41,701 nucleotides of DNA. Origin: a virus (taxonomy: Duplodnaviria > Caudoviricetes). Numbering within the stretch: position 1 is the first letter of the stretch; each line of letters starts with the position of its first letter. This document shows positions 25,069 through 37,000 of this stretch, one piece after another. Location: IMG/VR virus record IMGVR_UViG_3300035135_001896, positions 1-41,701 of that record, one strand, 5' to 3'. Under the pieces are notes generated by a model that saw only the letters and a program-made list of their open reading frames with translations, did no database searches and had not been told where the DNA came from. The position numbers and the translations under genes are program-made.

Positions 25069-27788
25069 TGGCTAAATACGAAAATTTAAAATTCTTTGAC
25101 AGTCAATCTAATGACTTAAACATGTCTTATGATTCTACTCTTGAAAAGTGGACAGGTACAATATATTTACCTGAAGTTTCAGAAGGATTATTTGAGACAA
25201 CTACAATCTACATATTAGAAGAGGTTGAAGCTAGTTTAGGTCAAATAGGATATGTTAACCCTATTTCAGAGAATGGAAATAATGCTCAGTTTAGGTTTAA
25301 CTTTATTAATGAGTATGGCTCTTCAAACGATATTTACTTATATTCAACGGAGAACAGGGATTCTAAATTTTATGTAAAAAGAATTGAAAGTCTTGATGCT
25401 GATTTACAGGCCGCTTCTGTTTCTTCATCTATTTCTAATGGAGTTAAGGTAATTTCTACAAAGCCTAAAGCCGTTCCAATGAGCTGTAACGTAACTCTTT
25501 CTAGTAAGGATGAAGGTTTTCACACTAGAGTTTTACAAATTCACGAAAGAGTTTCTAATACTAACACACATTTAGTGGCTGAGATTAGAATCTATGGTGA
25601 GGTTGAAGGAGAGGATGAGAGATTAAAGGATTTGCTAACTAACATAGGTATGAACTTAGAGGAAGCAGATTATTTAATCTTTAAAAAATCTGACATTAAA
25701 GAGCTTTCACCTGATTATCAAATAATCAATCAAAAAAGAAAAGAACTTTTACTACAGGCAAAAGAAATAAAATCTTTTATTGGAACCTATAAAGCTCTAT
25801 TAAATGCTATTAAGTTTTATGGATATGATAACCTAACTCTAAAGGAATACTGGCTTAATATAAATGAGCAGGCCGAAGGATTTGGAAAAATGATTGCAGT
25901 AGCGGTTCCTAACCAAGAAACTAAAGGATTCTTGGCTGCTAAAAGCGAGAGCACACAGTTACCTAACTCTAACCATAAGAAAACTTCTAGATTTTCATTG
26001 GTCTATAGATTAAATAACTTTAACGGAACTTTCGACAAGTATGATATTCCACAGGTAGATGAGGTTTTTGATTTTTCTCCCGATGAAGTTTTAATAAAAC
26101 TTTACGGTTTAAAGAATAAGCTTCAAAAATACTATTTACCTTTACAGGCTAAGATTGTTGACATCACTGGAGAAGGAGACTATTTCGCAAAGGTAAATAC
26201 CAGAGTCTTTAGTAATCAGCATAAAATAGAAGACATAGATGAAGGTGTTCATGTAGACTATGAACTTACTCCAGGTGAGAGAAGAATTTTCATAGAAGAT
26301 TTAAGAAAAGTAGACTATAGATTAACAGGTATAGGTCAAGATTTTGATGCATTGATAATCTCATCTGACAAATCAGACGTAATAGAAAGTATAGATGATT
26401 TTTACACCGACTACTATGATACTGATATGAACTCCTTTCAAACCCTTAGCGGTATACCTATTGGAGCTCCTATAAATTTAAAAGCAAATTCATTACCACA
26501 AACATGGGATTCTGCAGACTTTACGTTTTTAGATGTTGAGGAAAGCGGAGATGATATGACATGGGATAACTGGTGGTACAGAAACGTCTATGAAATTGAA
26601 TGGTTTATTACTGGTCCTAATAATTATTCTAAAACGCTAAGAGGTCCAATAGCAGACTATTACGAGATTCCATTAGTTTTACCTTATCACGGAACTTACA
26701 ACGTAGAGCTGGCTTTTCATGATTTGTTTAACGTTAGAAGTGTAATTAGAAGAGAAGAATCAATTCACGTTGCACAGAAAGAGGTTGAAATCTATGGTGT
26801 TTATGAAAAAACATATCCTAAACTTTCATGGAGAGAATATAAGACTCCATGGGAAGAAGCAGGTTCTTCATGGGATTGGGCTCATGAAAACAAAGAAGAA
26901 GTTAGAGACGTAATAGGAACCTACTACTTAACTTTAAATAGAGCAAACTATTTAAATGGAACTGAAAACGGATTTCAATTCTCAATGGTTAGAAGGTATT
27001 TAGACCCTTCTTCTCCAACAGGCTTTTCAGAAACACAAGGACCATATCAGTGGAGAAATTTAAAACCACATACATGGGGTGATGGTGATGAGGTTAGTTG
27101 GGATATGACTAGAGTTGGAAGTGATATAAACTCTTCATTTAAAATAGACGTAAGAATAGACCAAGGATATACAGGAAGCGGTGAATTAACTATGAATTGG
27201 ATAGACCCGAGTGATAACCTTGCACAAACTGACACGTATACTATAACCTCTACATATCCAGCTGACGCAACTGATTTATCTGCGTGGCAGATTGTCGCTG
27301 ATGAATTAAATGCTTTGACAGAGCAGACTAACCCAAGATTAGCTAGATTTAACTATAATCCTGTATATGTAGACACGAATGGAGATGGAACAAACGACGA
27401 GTGTACTTTTATTTTAGCGGTTGCCGAGGAACCTGGAAGAAACTATGATTTTAACACCATAACCCTTTCAGACGGTGATATATCAGGAATTCAACACTAT
27501 GTTAGTTACAATCCTACGTTTGAAAATTTAAACATCATTAGAGACCATGAGGCAGTAAAAATACTAAATCATCTAACATTCTCTTACGACCTGACAAATA
27601 TGCCAGGCATCATAAAGCAAGAGTGGACTTTAATAAATAATAGTCTAGATGAAAAAGATATATACTACAACAATCAGTGGCTGACTTATTTGTTTGAGAG
27701 CAAAGGTGATTATACAATCAAGTTAGAATTGACTGATTCTAATGGAAATAAAAATGTAACAACAAAAAACATCTTAACAATAATTTAA
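25068..27788 (+). CDS. Large baseplate wedge protein (gp7-like) with PKD-like domains
   Basis: GTYKALLNAIKFYGY..L.EYW wedge motif; GTYNVEL...D and FESKGDYTIKLELTDSNGN PKD-like segments. Confidence 0.6.
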   Translation: MAKYENLKFFDSQSNDLNMSYDSTLEKWTGTIYLPEVSEGLFETTTIYILEEVEASLGQIGYVNPISENGNNAQFRFNFINEYGSSNDIYLYSTENRDSKFYVKRIESLDADLQAASVSSSISNGVKVISTKPKAVPMSCNVTLSSKDEGFHTRVLQIHERVSNTNTHLVAEIRIYGEVEGEDERLKDLLTNIGMNLEEADYLIFKKSDIKELSPDYQIINQKRKELLLQAKEIKSFIGTYKALLNAIKFYGYDNLTLKEYWLNINEQAEGFGKMIAVAVPNQETKGFLAAKSESTQLPNSNHKKTSRFSLVYRLNNFNGTFDKYDIPQVDEVFDFSPDEVLIKLYGLKNKLQKYYLPLQAKIVDITGEGDYFAKVNTRVFSNQHKIEDIDEGVHVDYELTPGERRIFIEDLRKVDYRLTGIGQDFDALIISSDKSDVIESIDDFYTDYYDTDMNSFQTLSGIPIGAPINLKANSLPQTWDSADFTFLDVEESGDDMTWDNWWYRNVYEIEWFITGPNNYSKTLRGPIADYYEIPLVLPYHGTYNVELAFHDLFNVRSVIRREESIHVAQKEVEIYGVYEKTYPKLSWREYKTPWEEAGSSWDWAHENKEEVRDVIGTYYLTLNRANYLNGTENGFQFSMVRRYLDPSSPTGFSETQGPYQWRNLKPHTWGDGDEVSWDMTRVGSDINSSFKIDVRIDQGYTGSGELTMNWIDPSDNLAQTDTYTITSTYPADATDLSAWQIVADELNALTEQTNPRLARFNYNPVYVDTNGDGTNDECTFILAVAEEPGRNYDFNTITLSDGDISGIQHYVSYNPTFENLNIIRDHEAVKILNHLTFSYDLTNMPGIIKQEWTLINNSLDEKDIYYNNQWLTYLFESKGDYTIKLELTDSNGNKNVTTKNILTII

Positions 27789-27794
27789 AAAGAA

Positions 27795-28352
27795 ATGGCA
27801 AGTATTACAACAATTTACGGAACAGATAGTCTTTCTACTTCAAGAATAGTTATCAATGATAACTTTAGTGCTCTTGATTCTGGACTAGATGGAATAACAG
27901 CTTTGTTAGACACAACTGCACAGTCTTTAACATTAACTGGCGCTATAACAGGTGGAAGTTTAACGTTAACTGCAAACAGTACTAACAGATTTGTAGTTAG
28001 CTCAACACAGATAGTTAACAGTTTACCGGCTACATTTGAAGGTCAGCTTATTATAGAAGATGGTATCAGATACTCTACAGTAACACCAACTTCTTTACCT
28101 GCTGCAAACAGTTATGAACATCATACTTATGTGTTAGATTCTAACACGTTCAGTGGAACAAACACATTAGCAGCTGGCGATGAAGGTCAAGAAATTACAT
28201 TGATAGCTAGCGGTGGAGGTATTACAGTAGACCCTAGTAACGTTGCTGGAGCATCAGCTGTTAGTATGGCTGCAAACGGTACGTTAACTCTTAGATATGT
28301 AGGAACATCATGGTATGTTATTGCATCTGCTAACTCAACTGTAACGTATTAA
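27795..28352 (+). CDS. Putative short fibre/baseplate appendage protein
   Basis: N-terminal DSLSTSRIVINDNF..L attachment motif; T/S/G-rich beta C-domain (GQEITLI..LTLRY...WYVI). Confidence 0.6.
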   Translation: MASITTIYGTDSLSTSRIVINDNFSALDSGLDGITALLDTTAQSLTLTGAITGGSLTLTANSTNRFVVSSTQIVNSLPATFEGQLIIEDGIRYSTVTPTSLPAANSYEHHTYVLDSNTFSGTNTLAAGDEGQEITLIASGGGITVDPSNVAGASAVSMAANGTLTLRYVGTSWYVIASANSTVTY

Positions 28353-28370
28353 AAACATAAAGCTAACTAA

Positions 28371-30338
28371 ATGGCAACACCACTAGTAAGGATTCCACAG
28401 GAACAAGGCGGTACACTATATGCATTTGCTAGTGCCGCAAGAGATTTGACTAGGGCATATTACAACCCTGACATAAACTTTGAATTTTCAAAGTTTGCTC
28501 TTTTAGATATTCCTGTAGTTTCTGAACCTTCACAAGGTTCAACAAATAATTATATTCAGTTTGATAATCTCTATGAAGGAGGACCTGTAGCACAGCCTGC
28601 AGTTGCACCTTCTTACGATGATACAACGCCAGATGATTCTGCGAACCGCCATTTCGCGCAGACATTTCAAAACTATGCGTTAAACCTAGAGAACTATATT
28701 CTTACTGACGATGATTTTGATTCTACAGTTTATACTAGTGATGCTGAAAAGATTTTCTTTAAGTATTTAAATCATTTAGGAGCTTTTAGAGTTAGAACAG
28801 CCACTTCACAGGAAGTAGTAAATGGATTTTCAAGAGTAATAGAAGAAGATGATTCTACGCTTACAGGTAGTGAATACAGTAAAGTTGTAAAATACATCGG
28901 AGATATTGACGTTACAAATGATAAAAATTATGGTGGAGAAGTATTTAGTGAGATTTTTGTTAATGTACCTTCTAATGTAGGATACACTCCAGAAATTTTA
29001 TTTAAATCTACAAACTATAACACGACCACTAACTCATATCAACCTACTGGAAACTTTATTAACGGTAGAGACGGTCAAACTCACCCAGATTCAAATATAA
29101 ACTTAGACCCATTAGCTGATAACGACCAAGGTACTCTAAGCGTAGATGAAACTCAAGTTTACAGTTATGGTATTGAATTCGATCCCTCATATTATGCTAA
29201 AATTGAAGGCGATCCTTCTTTAAATAATATGTTAGAGTGGTCTAGAAGAGGTGGCGATTTTAGATTTAACGCCATTCTAGTATATTACGATTTATATTCT
29301 AAGTCTAATAGTGGCAACAGAGCTACCAATCTTTATGGAGTTATTATATTAGACCAGTGGAAATACGACTCAGGTTCTACAGGATGGTATATTCCTGAAC
29401 TGAGCAAATATAAGCCGAATGAAATTACAGGTTTAAATGGTAATGCATTTGCTTTAAAGTTAAACCTTAAATTTAATTCATCTCTTGATAATGTAGGTGT
29501 AGAAAAGAATATCAATGACTACACTACCTTTTCAATGGACGTTTTCTTTGACACAACATCTGCTCTTGAAAAAGCAGCTGAAATCCTAAAGAGTGCAAAT
29601 GACAGATATTCTAAGTTGGGTGATAGATTACAAAACTTAGAGAATTTAGTCTTAACTTCTCCTCAACTACAAAATTTAGTTACGAGAATGGATGGACTAG
29701 AAGCGTCTTTAGAAAATGCTTCTCTTAACTATAAGAAGCCAAGTTCGATGTTAGAGCTAATTACATCGGCTAATCAAAGAATTAATAACATTATAGATGG
29801 AACCATTCCGACATCAGTACAGTATAATACTGACGTTATTCAACAGGGTAGTGGTATACAATTAAGCAAATCAAATGAAAAGTTAAAGGTAACTAACACT
29901 GGAGGTGTTTATTCAATGAATGATTTGTTTATATACGACATTTCTTCCGGCTCCTTAGAAGATGCGATAGATTCAACTAATCCGTTTAATCCTACAACTG
30001 CATCTCTAAAAGGAATATGGACAAGATTAAAGAATTTTGAAAATTTAGTTAGAATTAATTTATTAGTAGGTTCTCCTATTCCACCTAGTTCTAATCTAAA
30101 TATATACATAGACGATAGTGTAGTTTCTTGGAAAAAAGGACAAGTTGTAAAACTTTCTTTTAAAAACCAGCTACCTAACATGTCTGGAAAATCAATAAAG
30201 ATATGGTCTAAACAAGAAGGTGTTTGGACTGAAAAGCTTGAGATAGCATCAACAGAGCTTTTAAGCAATACACCTTACATTGAACTTATCTGTATTGATG
30301 AAACAAATAAAACGTTAGAATCTGACATTATTAGATAA
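28371..30338 (+). CDS. Putative baseplate/structural protein
   Basis: 655 aa ORF in the module; F.FNAILVYYDL...TNLYG motif and central coiled coil. Confidence 0.55.
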   Translation: MATPLVRIPQEQGGTLYAFASAARDLTRAYYNPDINFEFSKFALLDIPVVSEPSQGSTNNYIQFDNLYEGGPVAQPAVAPSYDDTTPDDSANRHFAQTFQNYALNLENYILTDDDFDSTVYTSDAEKIFFKYLNHLGAFRVRTATSQEVVNGFSRVIEEDDSTLTGSEYSKVVKYIGDIDVTNDKNYGGEVFSEIFVNVPSNVGYTPEILFKSTNYNTTTNSYQPTGNFINGRDGQTHPDSNINLDPLADNDQGTLSVDETQVYSYGIEFDPSYYAKIEGDPSLNNMLEWSRRGGDFRFNAILVYYDLYSKSNSGNRATNLYGVIILDQWKYDSGSTGWYIPELSKYKPNEITGLNGNAFALKLNLKFNSSLDNVGVEKNINDYTTFSMDVFFDTTSALEKAAEILKSANDRYSKLGDRLQNLENLVLTSPQLQNLVTRMDGLEASLENASLNYKKPSSMLELITSANQRINNIIDGTIPTSVQYNTDVIQQGSGIQLSKSNEKLKVTNTGGVYSMNDLFIYDISSGSLEDAIDSTNPFNPTTASLKGIWTRLKNFENLVRINLLVGSPIPPSSNLNIYIDDSVVSWKKGQVVKLSFKNQLPNMSGKSIKIWSKQEGVWTEKLEIASTELLSNTPYIELICIDETNKTLESDIIR

Positions 30339-30340
30339 AT

Positions 30341-33300
30341 ATGAGCGCTAGCAATTCTATATCACATTTACTTGAACAATTTCTGGAATTAAATTCTAAT
30401 TCTTTAGAAACGTTTGAGCGTATCAATGAGGCTATAACTACTGATAAGCAAACTGTGACCGTTAATATATTTGACGAGGTTACAGGTGAGCTTAAACCTC
30501 TTCAGATACCTGCGTTCGGATATTTAAAAAGAGAGATTGAAAGATTAGATAAAAACGTAAAAGCAATTTCAGGATTAGATAATAGTTCTGCTAATATACG
30601 TTTAAAGGACGGTTCTTTTAGAAGAATTCATACTTCTAAATTAAAATCACCTGCTAAAGATATTAAAAATCTATCAACTCCTGTCAACTTTAAAACTAAG
30701 TTGAACGAGTTTTTTGAAGACTTTTTAAATCCATTATTGACGATAAACTTAGATGTAACTGGTCAGATTCCAGTTGAGACTGAGAGAGTATATGTTGAAA
30801 GATATATTTTCGATAGTAACGTATTAGCTAGTTTAACTGCCTTCGATGAGATTTACAAAGGTGAAAGTGAGATAGATTACACTACTTTTAAAAACGAGAT
30901 AGCTGAAAACAATTATCAATACTATGTTGATAGTGAAGTTGTAGACATGCCGATGAGACAGGTTCAATATAAAGGAACCTTCGATGTTCTCAATGTTTCT
31001 AACGAGCAAAAGTCTCAAGTAGTAGATGGAGTTACTAATACTAAGAGTATAAAATTATTTACACTAAACAAACTTACATATTCTGATTCTTCAAAGTCTA
31101 TGAGAGATACTGAAGTTTTAAGAGTAGGAGATTCTTTAGTTGTAAATAGCGGAAACTACAATACAAGATATGAAATTCTTTCTATCGATAATTCTACCCT
31201 TCAGGTTGAATTAAAATTATTAGAAGGATTTGAAAACATACCAGTTGGTGCAGACTCCCTTGTAATCAACAAAGGAATCGATACAAATTTAGAAGTAGAG
31301 GTAAAAATAGGATACAACGAAAGACAGGTTGTCTTTATTAAAGCTATTGACCCTGTTTCTAAATTACCTTCAAATGAGTACTCACCTGGTATTGGATTTT
31401 ATTCAAACGAATTAACTATCATTTTAGATGATGGTACTGAAAAGAATTTAGCTTTATACTATAAAGATTCTGTTGCTGACTTTGGTCAATTTATCAAATC
31501 TTTAAAGGTTGATTATATTCCACCTGCATCAGAGGGAATTCAACCCAACTCACCTATATTAAATACGTCTAACTTTAAAGTTGTGCAAATTAACAAGCAC
31601 ATGACTGACAACACTACAACTGAACAGATTAAGCAGTTGAAAGCTGATAAGTCTTCTGCAGAGCAGCAACTTACAAAATTAGATGATACTATTAGAAAGA
31701 AAAGAGCTCTATTTAATACTAAAAAGTTTCAATCTAAAATTGAAAAAGATAATTTAAGAAGTGAACTTTCTTCATTAGTTTCTCAAAGAGAATCTGAATC
31801 GAAGTTTTATTCTTCAGCGGTTACTCAAATAAAATCAGCTTCTGAATCTAGTGACGTTGCAAAGATAACTCCTAAGTTTAGAGTTAGAGGTTTTTGGTCC
31901 ATTCCAGAAGCTAAGACCGTTGGTGAAGGGGTTTCACAAGAAGTTGTGCAATTCAAAATTAGATATAGATATGTTTCTACTTCTGGAAAAACTTCTCAAA
32001 TAGAACAAATTCAGTTTGAAGATTCTACAAACGATACTAGTAAAACTGCAGCGTTTTCTAACTGGGTTGAAGTTGAAGGACCTGTTAGAAAAAGACAAAA
32101 GTTAGAAGATGGAAGATATAGCTGGGTTATTGAAAGCGAAGAAGATGCACAGGCAATTAACTTTAACTCTTTAGATATTCCAATTAACAGTGGAGAAGTC
32201 GTTGAGATAATGGTTAAATCTTTATCTGAGGCTGGATTTCCTTCTAACCCTATAGAATCTGATTGGTCTGATATTATCAAGGTTGAGTTTCCTGATGGAG
32301 AATTAAATACTGATGGAATTGGAGACGTTTTAACGCAGAACGAACTTGACAACTTAAAGGTAGAATTACAATCTGATTTAGATGCACAGGGATTATACAC
32401 CCACCTTTCAGATGGATTTAATTCTAATGAAACTTATTTTGCACACAGTGCTACTAACCTTGCATCAGGCTTTTTAACAGGAGAACAATCTCCGATTTCA
32501 GTTTATGATAAACTTGCCGAAATGCAAGCTACTATTGACAGGTTGACAGCAGCGATAACAGGTGCAGTTGGAGAACTAAAAGTCTCTATCGTTGATGAAG
32601 ACGGTAATGTTACTCCAGTTAAAAACAACTCAACTGTTAAGTTATTTGCAGGATATTATACTGATGAAGTACCTGCAACAGATAAGAAAGGATTTATTGT
32701 AACAAAGAATTACAAGATAGAGTTATCTAACACTAAATCTACTACACTAGAGCTAGTTTCTAAGCTGGTAGGTGATGTTACTCAGCCTGCGTTTATATCT
32801 ACAACTGGACAAACTTTCGGTCTAGGAAGTGGTTCTATTGATTCAGCGGTTACGGATAATACATATTATACTACTGAAGGAAAATACGATTTAGTTCCTG
32901 TTGCGTATCAAAACTTAGATGCTGCGCAAGCTTCAGGTAACTCTTATTTTAATGAATCGCCCAACCAGTCTACGCAACTTAATGGTCAATTTATTTACTC
33001 TAGATTTAAAAACCTTGCAAATAGCGATGCTCATTATACTGAAGTTGATTTAGATTCAACTGATGAAACAGGGTATGACAAATTTGAATACGGTTTAGGA
33101 TATTACACATGTGCATCTGGATATACTGGAACAAACGGTAACAGTACAGATATGAAAGACTGGAGCACAACAACTCAAAATAGCTTTACTAACACTGGTG
33201 TTTCAGGTACTGATTATATTTGGGCAGGAACCTATGATTCCAGCTCTGAGCCTGAGCTTGCTACAATAAACGCCGTGACTACGGCAACATACGATAACGG

Positions 33301-34021
33301 TATATTTTTACACGTCGATCACCCACTGATAAATTCACACTTATCTTCACAGCCAACAGGAACTCCTTTAACGGCACTGGAGATTCAAAGTAATGGTATG
33401 GTGGGAATTCCTAAAACTGCTCCTAGAAGAGCTAATGATACAAGTGGTAAAAAGCAAACACCCCTTAGGATAATTGACAATATGAGTGATGATGGTGCTA
33501 ACCCAGGTGTTAGAACTGTTGTTAAACAAGGGTTTGAGGCTAATGACCAATACTTGTTAGGTGGAAAGTCATGTGGTTCATTCTTATATTTAGCTCCAAT
33601 AAACACATCTTCTATTGTTGTAGATTCTAATAATAAATTTGGAAAGAAGAGAATTTCTGCGGGAGATGGTAATTCTATTTCAGTTGACTTAGTTTTCCAA
33701 TATAGAATGACAGACTATAACGGTGATGGTGCAACCGGAACAGGTAGAGTAGGTGGTGTTTTAGGAAATACTTTTACAAACTTAACATATTCTAAGAAAA
33801 TAGGAATTGATGTTGAAGATTCTTTCTCTAACTCTTTCTCATTTGATGTTGAAGTTTTCTCTAAATATAAATCTACAGGAAGAAACGTTAACTCTATTAC
33901 TAGCAAGCAGCTAACACGATACAGATTAACCGGTGGTCCTAGCTATTCTTACAGAACATTCATCGATGGAGAAACTGATTTCAGCAGTGACATTCAGTAT
34001 AACCTGAGATATTTGCAATAA
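30341..34021 (+). CDS. Large putative structural protein (coiled coil, FN3-like segment)
   Basis: 1226 aa; heptad region followed by FRVRGFW..FKIRYRY..W..V..S.WS beta-sandwich pattern. Confidence 0.55.
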   Translation: MSASNSISHLLEQFLELNSNSLETFERINEAITTDKQTVTVNIFDEVTGELKPLQIPAFGYLKREIERLDKNVKAISGLDNSSANIRLKDGSFRRIHTSKLKSPAKDIKNLSTPVNFKTKLNEFFEDFLNPLLTINLDVTGQIPVETERVYVERYIFDSNVLASLTAFDEIYKGESEIDYTTFKNEIAENNYQYYVDSEVVDMPMRQVQYKGTFDVLNVSNEQKSQVVDGVTNTKSIKLFTLNKLTYSDSSKSMRDTEVLRVGDSLVVNSGNYNTRYEILSIDNSTLQVELKLLEGFENIPVGADSLVINKGIDTNLEVEVKIGYNERQVVFIKAIDPVSKLPSNEYSPGIGFYSNELTIILDDGTEKNLALYYKDSVADFGQFIKSLKVDYIPPASEGIQPNSPILNTSNFKVVQINKHMTDNTTTEQIKQLKADKSSAEQQLTKLDDTIRKKRALFNTKKFQSKIEKDNLRSELSSLVSQRESESKFYSSAVTQIKSASESSDVAKITPKFRVRGFWSIPEAKTVGEGVSQEVVQFKIRYRYVSTSGKTSQIEQIQFEDSTNDTSKTAAFSNWVEVEGPVRKRQKLEDGRYSWVIESEEDAQAINFNSLDIPINSGEVVEIMVKSLSEAGFPSNPIESDWSDIIKVEFPDGELNTDGIGDVLTQNELDNLKVELQSDLDAQGLYTHLSDGFNSNETYFAHSATNLASGFLTGEQSPISVYDKLAEMQATIDRLTAAITGAVGELKVSIVDEDGNVTPVKNNSTVKLFAGYYTDEVPATDKKGFIVTKNYKIELSNTKSTTLELVSKLVGDVTQPAFISTTGQTFGLGSGSIDSAVTDNTYYTTEGKYDLVPVAYQNLDAAQASGNSYFNESPNQSTQLNGQFIYSRFKNLANSDAHYTEVDLDSTDETGYDKFEYGLGYYTCASGYTGTNGNSTDMKDWSTTTQNSFTNTGVSGTDYIWAGTYDSSSEPELATINAVTTATYDNGIFLHVDHPLINSHLSSQPTGTPLTALEIQSNGMVGIPKTAPRRANDTSGKKQTPLRIIDNMSDDGANPGVRTVVKQGFEANDQYLLGGKSCGSFLYLAPINTSSIVVDSNNKFGKKRISAGDGNSISVDLVFQYRMTDYNGDGATGTGRVGGVLGNTFTNLTYSKKIGIDVEDSFSNSFSFDVEVFSKYKSTGRNVNSITSKQLTRYRLTGGPSYSYRTFIDGETDFSSDIQYNLRYLQ

Positions 34022-34041
34022 GTTTTGACTTTGCAAAGGGT

Positions 34042-34049
34042 GATATATA
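34042..34049 (+). promoter_or_regulatory. Putative late promoter GATATATA
   Basis: Intergenic before 34076. Confidence 0.7.
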
Positions 34050-34075
34050 GCTAAAACCAAAAATAGGTCTAATTA

Positions 34076-37000
34076 ATGGCTGCTATAAACTTAAATTCAC
34101 AAGAAAATTTAGTAGAAAATAAATCTTTTGCAGTTTTAAGAGCTAACCCAAAGTTAAGTACTAACGTTAAATTAGTAGTTGATTCAGCTGATGAAATTTA
34201 TTTAAGCTCATTTAAAGCTAACAGAACAGTTTCTAGAGCAGAGTATCAGAAGTTTTCTATAAAGGAAGGTGGAAATTATTCACAAGACGTCGCCAGATTT
34301 TTTGGCAAAATAGGTAAGGATGCTAAATTTACAGTAGGAAGACAGTATGATGACCTAACTGTATTTTCTGATTATGCAGCGCAGTACGAGAATCAATACT
34401 CTTATGGCGCTTCCTTTAATTCAACTAAACTATACGGTGAACAATATAAAATTTTAGCACCTATTTGGCTTGATAAAATTTACCCTAGTAAGTTTGTAAT
34501 TTATCGAGTTGAAGGAGTAGATTACACTTCTAAATTTGAAGAAACAACAAGAGGTCAAAATTCTAGAATTTTAGAATTATTAAAGGACGCTACGATCATA
34601 AAAACATTTGACCTTAAAAACTCTAAGGTTGGTAAATATATTTCCAACCACGTTAATCATCCTTCTTTTCCATCCGCATGTTTAAGCTTTTCATTTGAAG
34701 AAGATGAACCATGTATGTATAAAGGTATTGATGTAAAAAATGGTGGATTTGTAGAAAGACCCGAGTATTTAGAAGATGAGTTTTTTAGAAAAGATAATTT
34801 AGAGATTTACAGTAATCAGCTATTAACAGAAGGGTTTCAAAGAAATGAGGTGGCTGTTGCTAATTTAATTAATTTAGAATTCTTATTTGACGACCCAACC
34901 GCAACCGACTATAAAGTATACAGATATTTTGGACTCTATGTTGATGATATTAAAGAAGGAACTTTTGAAAGCAATGGTGTTAGTCGATCTGGAGTAGTTT
35001 CTATTGAGCCTGATAGTTATACTAGTGTATATGATTATGATTCAGCCTCATTAACGGCATCTGACATGTTTATTAGTTCTAATGAACTTCAGATTCCAGC
35101 ACTATCGTATTTAAAAAACAAAGACGGTAAGTTTTTTCACGTTAAAAACTTAACTAAATTTAAACCTAACACAATTCCTGCAGCTATAACCGACATGAGT
35201 GATATTTCATCTTTCAGTGGGTTGTCAAAATTAAAAATAAACTTACCGTGTTTACCTGAAAAACCAGCTTTAAAAGGTTTTATCAAACTGGATATAACAG
35301 AGACACCTAATCACAATGATAGGTTTTTTATAGGTGACAAATCAGAAATTGAAATAGAAGGCTATAACTTAGCTAACTTTACAATAGTTGCCGATCAGAC
35401 GTTAGACGCGGGTACTAATGATAGTTTTAGGTTCTCTAATCAGGGTAGTTTACAGATGATAGCGATTGCAATAGGTAAAGCTATTGAAGATGGCCAGATT
35501 ATGAGCTATGATACTACCGTAGAAGGAACTAGCATTGTTGTAAAAGATTATGGAGTTGGAAGTAAGCGTAGAAAAACAGCTTTCGGTATATTAAATAATA
35601 ACGTAATTGATTTTATCTCAATCGATGTGGGCGTTTTAGATGATATAGGTTTAAATTCTATTTCTGTTCCTGCAACCACTAACACAGTATTTACAGATTG
35701 GAGTATTTACACAATGACAGGAGGTTCAGATGAAGGACAAGCTCTAATAGTATCTGACATTGACCTAGCCGACGTTAAAATAGGTCAGAGTATAAAAGAA
35801 GTAAAAAGAAATACTTTCATAAAAATAGAATCGATAACAACCGATCCTGACAGACCAGGATTCAATAGAGTTATATTTGAAAAAGCAGGTGTTTTACCAA
35901 GCGACAACGTCATAGAGTTGTATGGAGATTATAGTGTAGAATATGGAAAGTTTTCTATCTATGACTTTAAAGATTTTGATTTTGATTTTTACGATACTAA
36001 ATACTCCGATCTTGGTGAGTTGGCTTTTGAATTTAACAGTATCGGCTTTGAAGGACTGAACGGTGTTTTAGAACAAGAAGACCCTGATACTGAAGAGATA
36101 GGAGCAACTTCGATAAATTCAGAATACGATAGATTAAATGAAAATGAATTAAAAGAAACTTCTCTATTAAGTAGACTTGTACCTTGTATTTCTAAGTTCT
36201 CTTTAAAAGGAGCAACTAACGCTAGAAGCTTAGACTATCTTTTGACAGCTAGCGAAGCGTTTGGAACAGACAACATGTCACCTTCAGTTGACGATGATGG
36301 TGAAAGAAAGTTTGAGTCTCTTAATATGGAATACTTTCATATTAATAAATTACCTGAGTTTACGACAACAGATTCTAGCACATTAAAAGATTTAACAAGT
36401 TATTTAAACTTTACAGGAGACAACCAAGGGTTAACGCTGAACATGTTAAAAGATACTTCTAATAATTATTTTGAGAAATTCTTTACATGGTCAGGAGGAT
36501 ATGTAACAAACTCTTCTGGCTGGGTTAACTCAGACCTTAAAAAACTGTATACTGTTTTCAAAGACGGAACAACTGAAAACTTTTCTAACAGCACCTTTAG
36601 AGGCCTAAGATACATTTACAAAAAAAGAAAAGAATTTATAGACGCCTCTCCTACTGATTTTATAGCAACGGGTGAATCAAATGAATATAAGTTTGGTGTA
36701 GTTTTAAATTACAACAACAATCAATCTTCAAATTCAACCACAGTAGATGTTGTTAAAAACGATATTTTTAAATTTATTTGTGTATATCTACAAGTTAATA
36801 CCGTTTCTAACGGTCAAAGTAAATTAAACAGACAATTCTTGTATGAAGGTCATCCTAGTTATGGTGACAATCTCGTAGACCCTGTAACATACTTAACAAT
36901 AAGTACTCCTATTGACGGTCAGCTTGATTTTGGAAATGCAAACTGGTCTACTGATGAAACCTTAATTTCAGCTACACAATTTTCTATCATTGATGGTAGT

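Noticed and set aside
34029-34038. Palindrome CTTTGCAAAG before a late motif
   Set aside because: Single 10-bp copy with no loop or T-tract; no second instance noticed.
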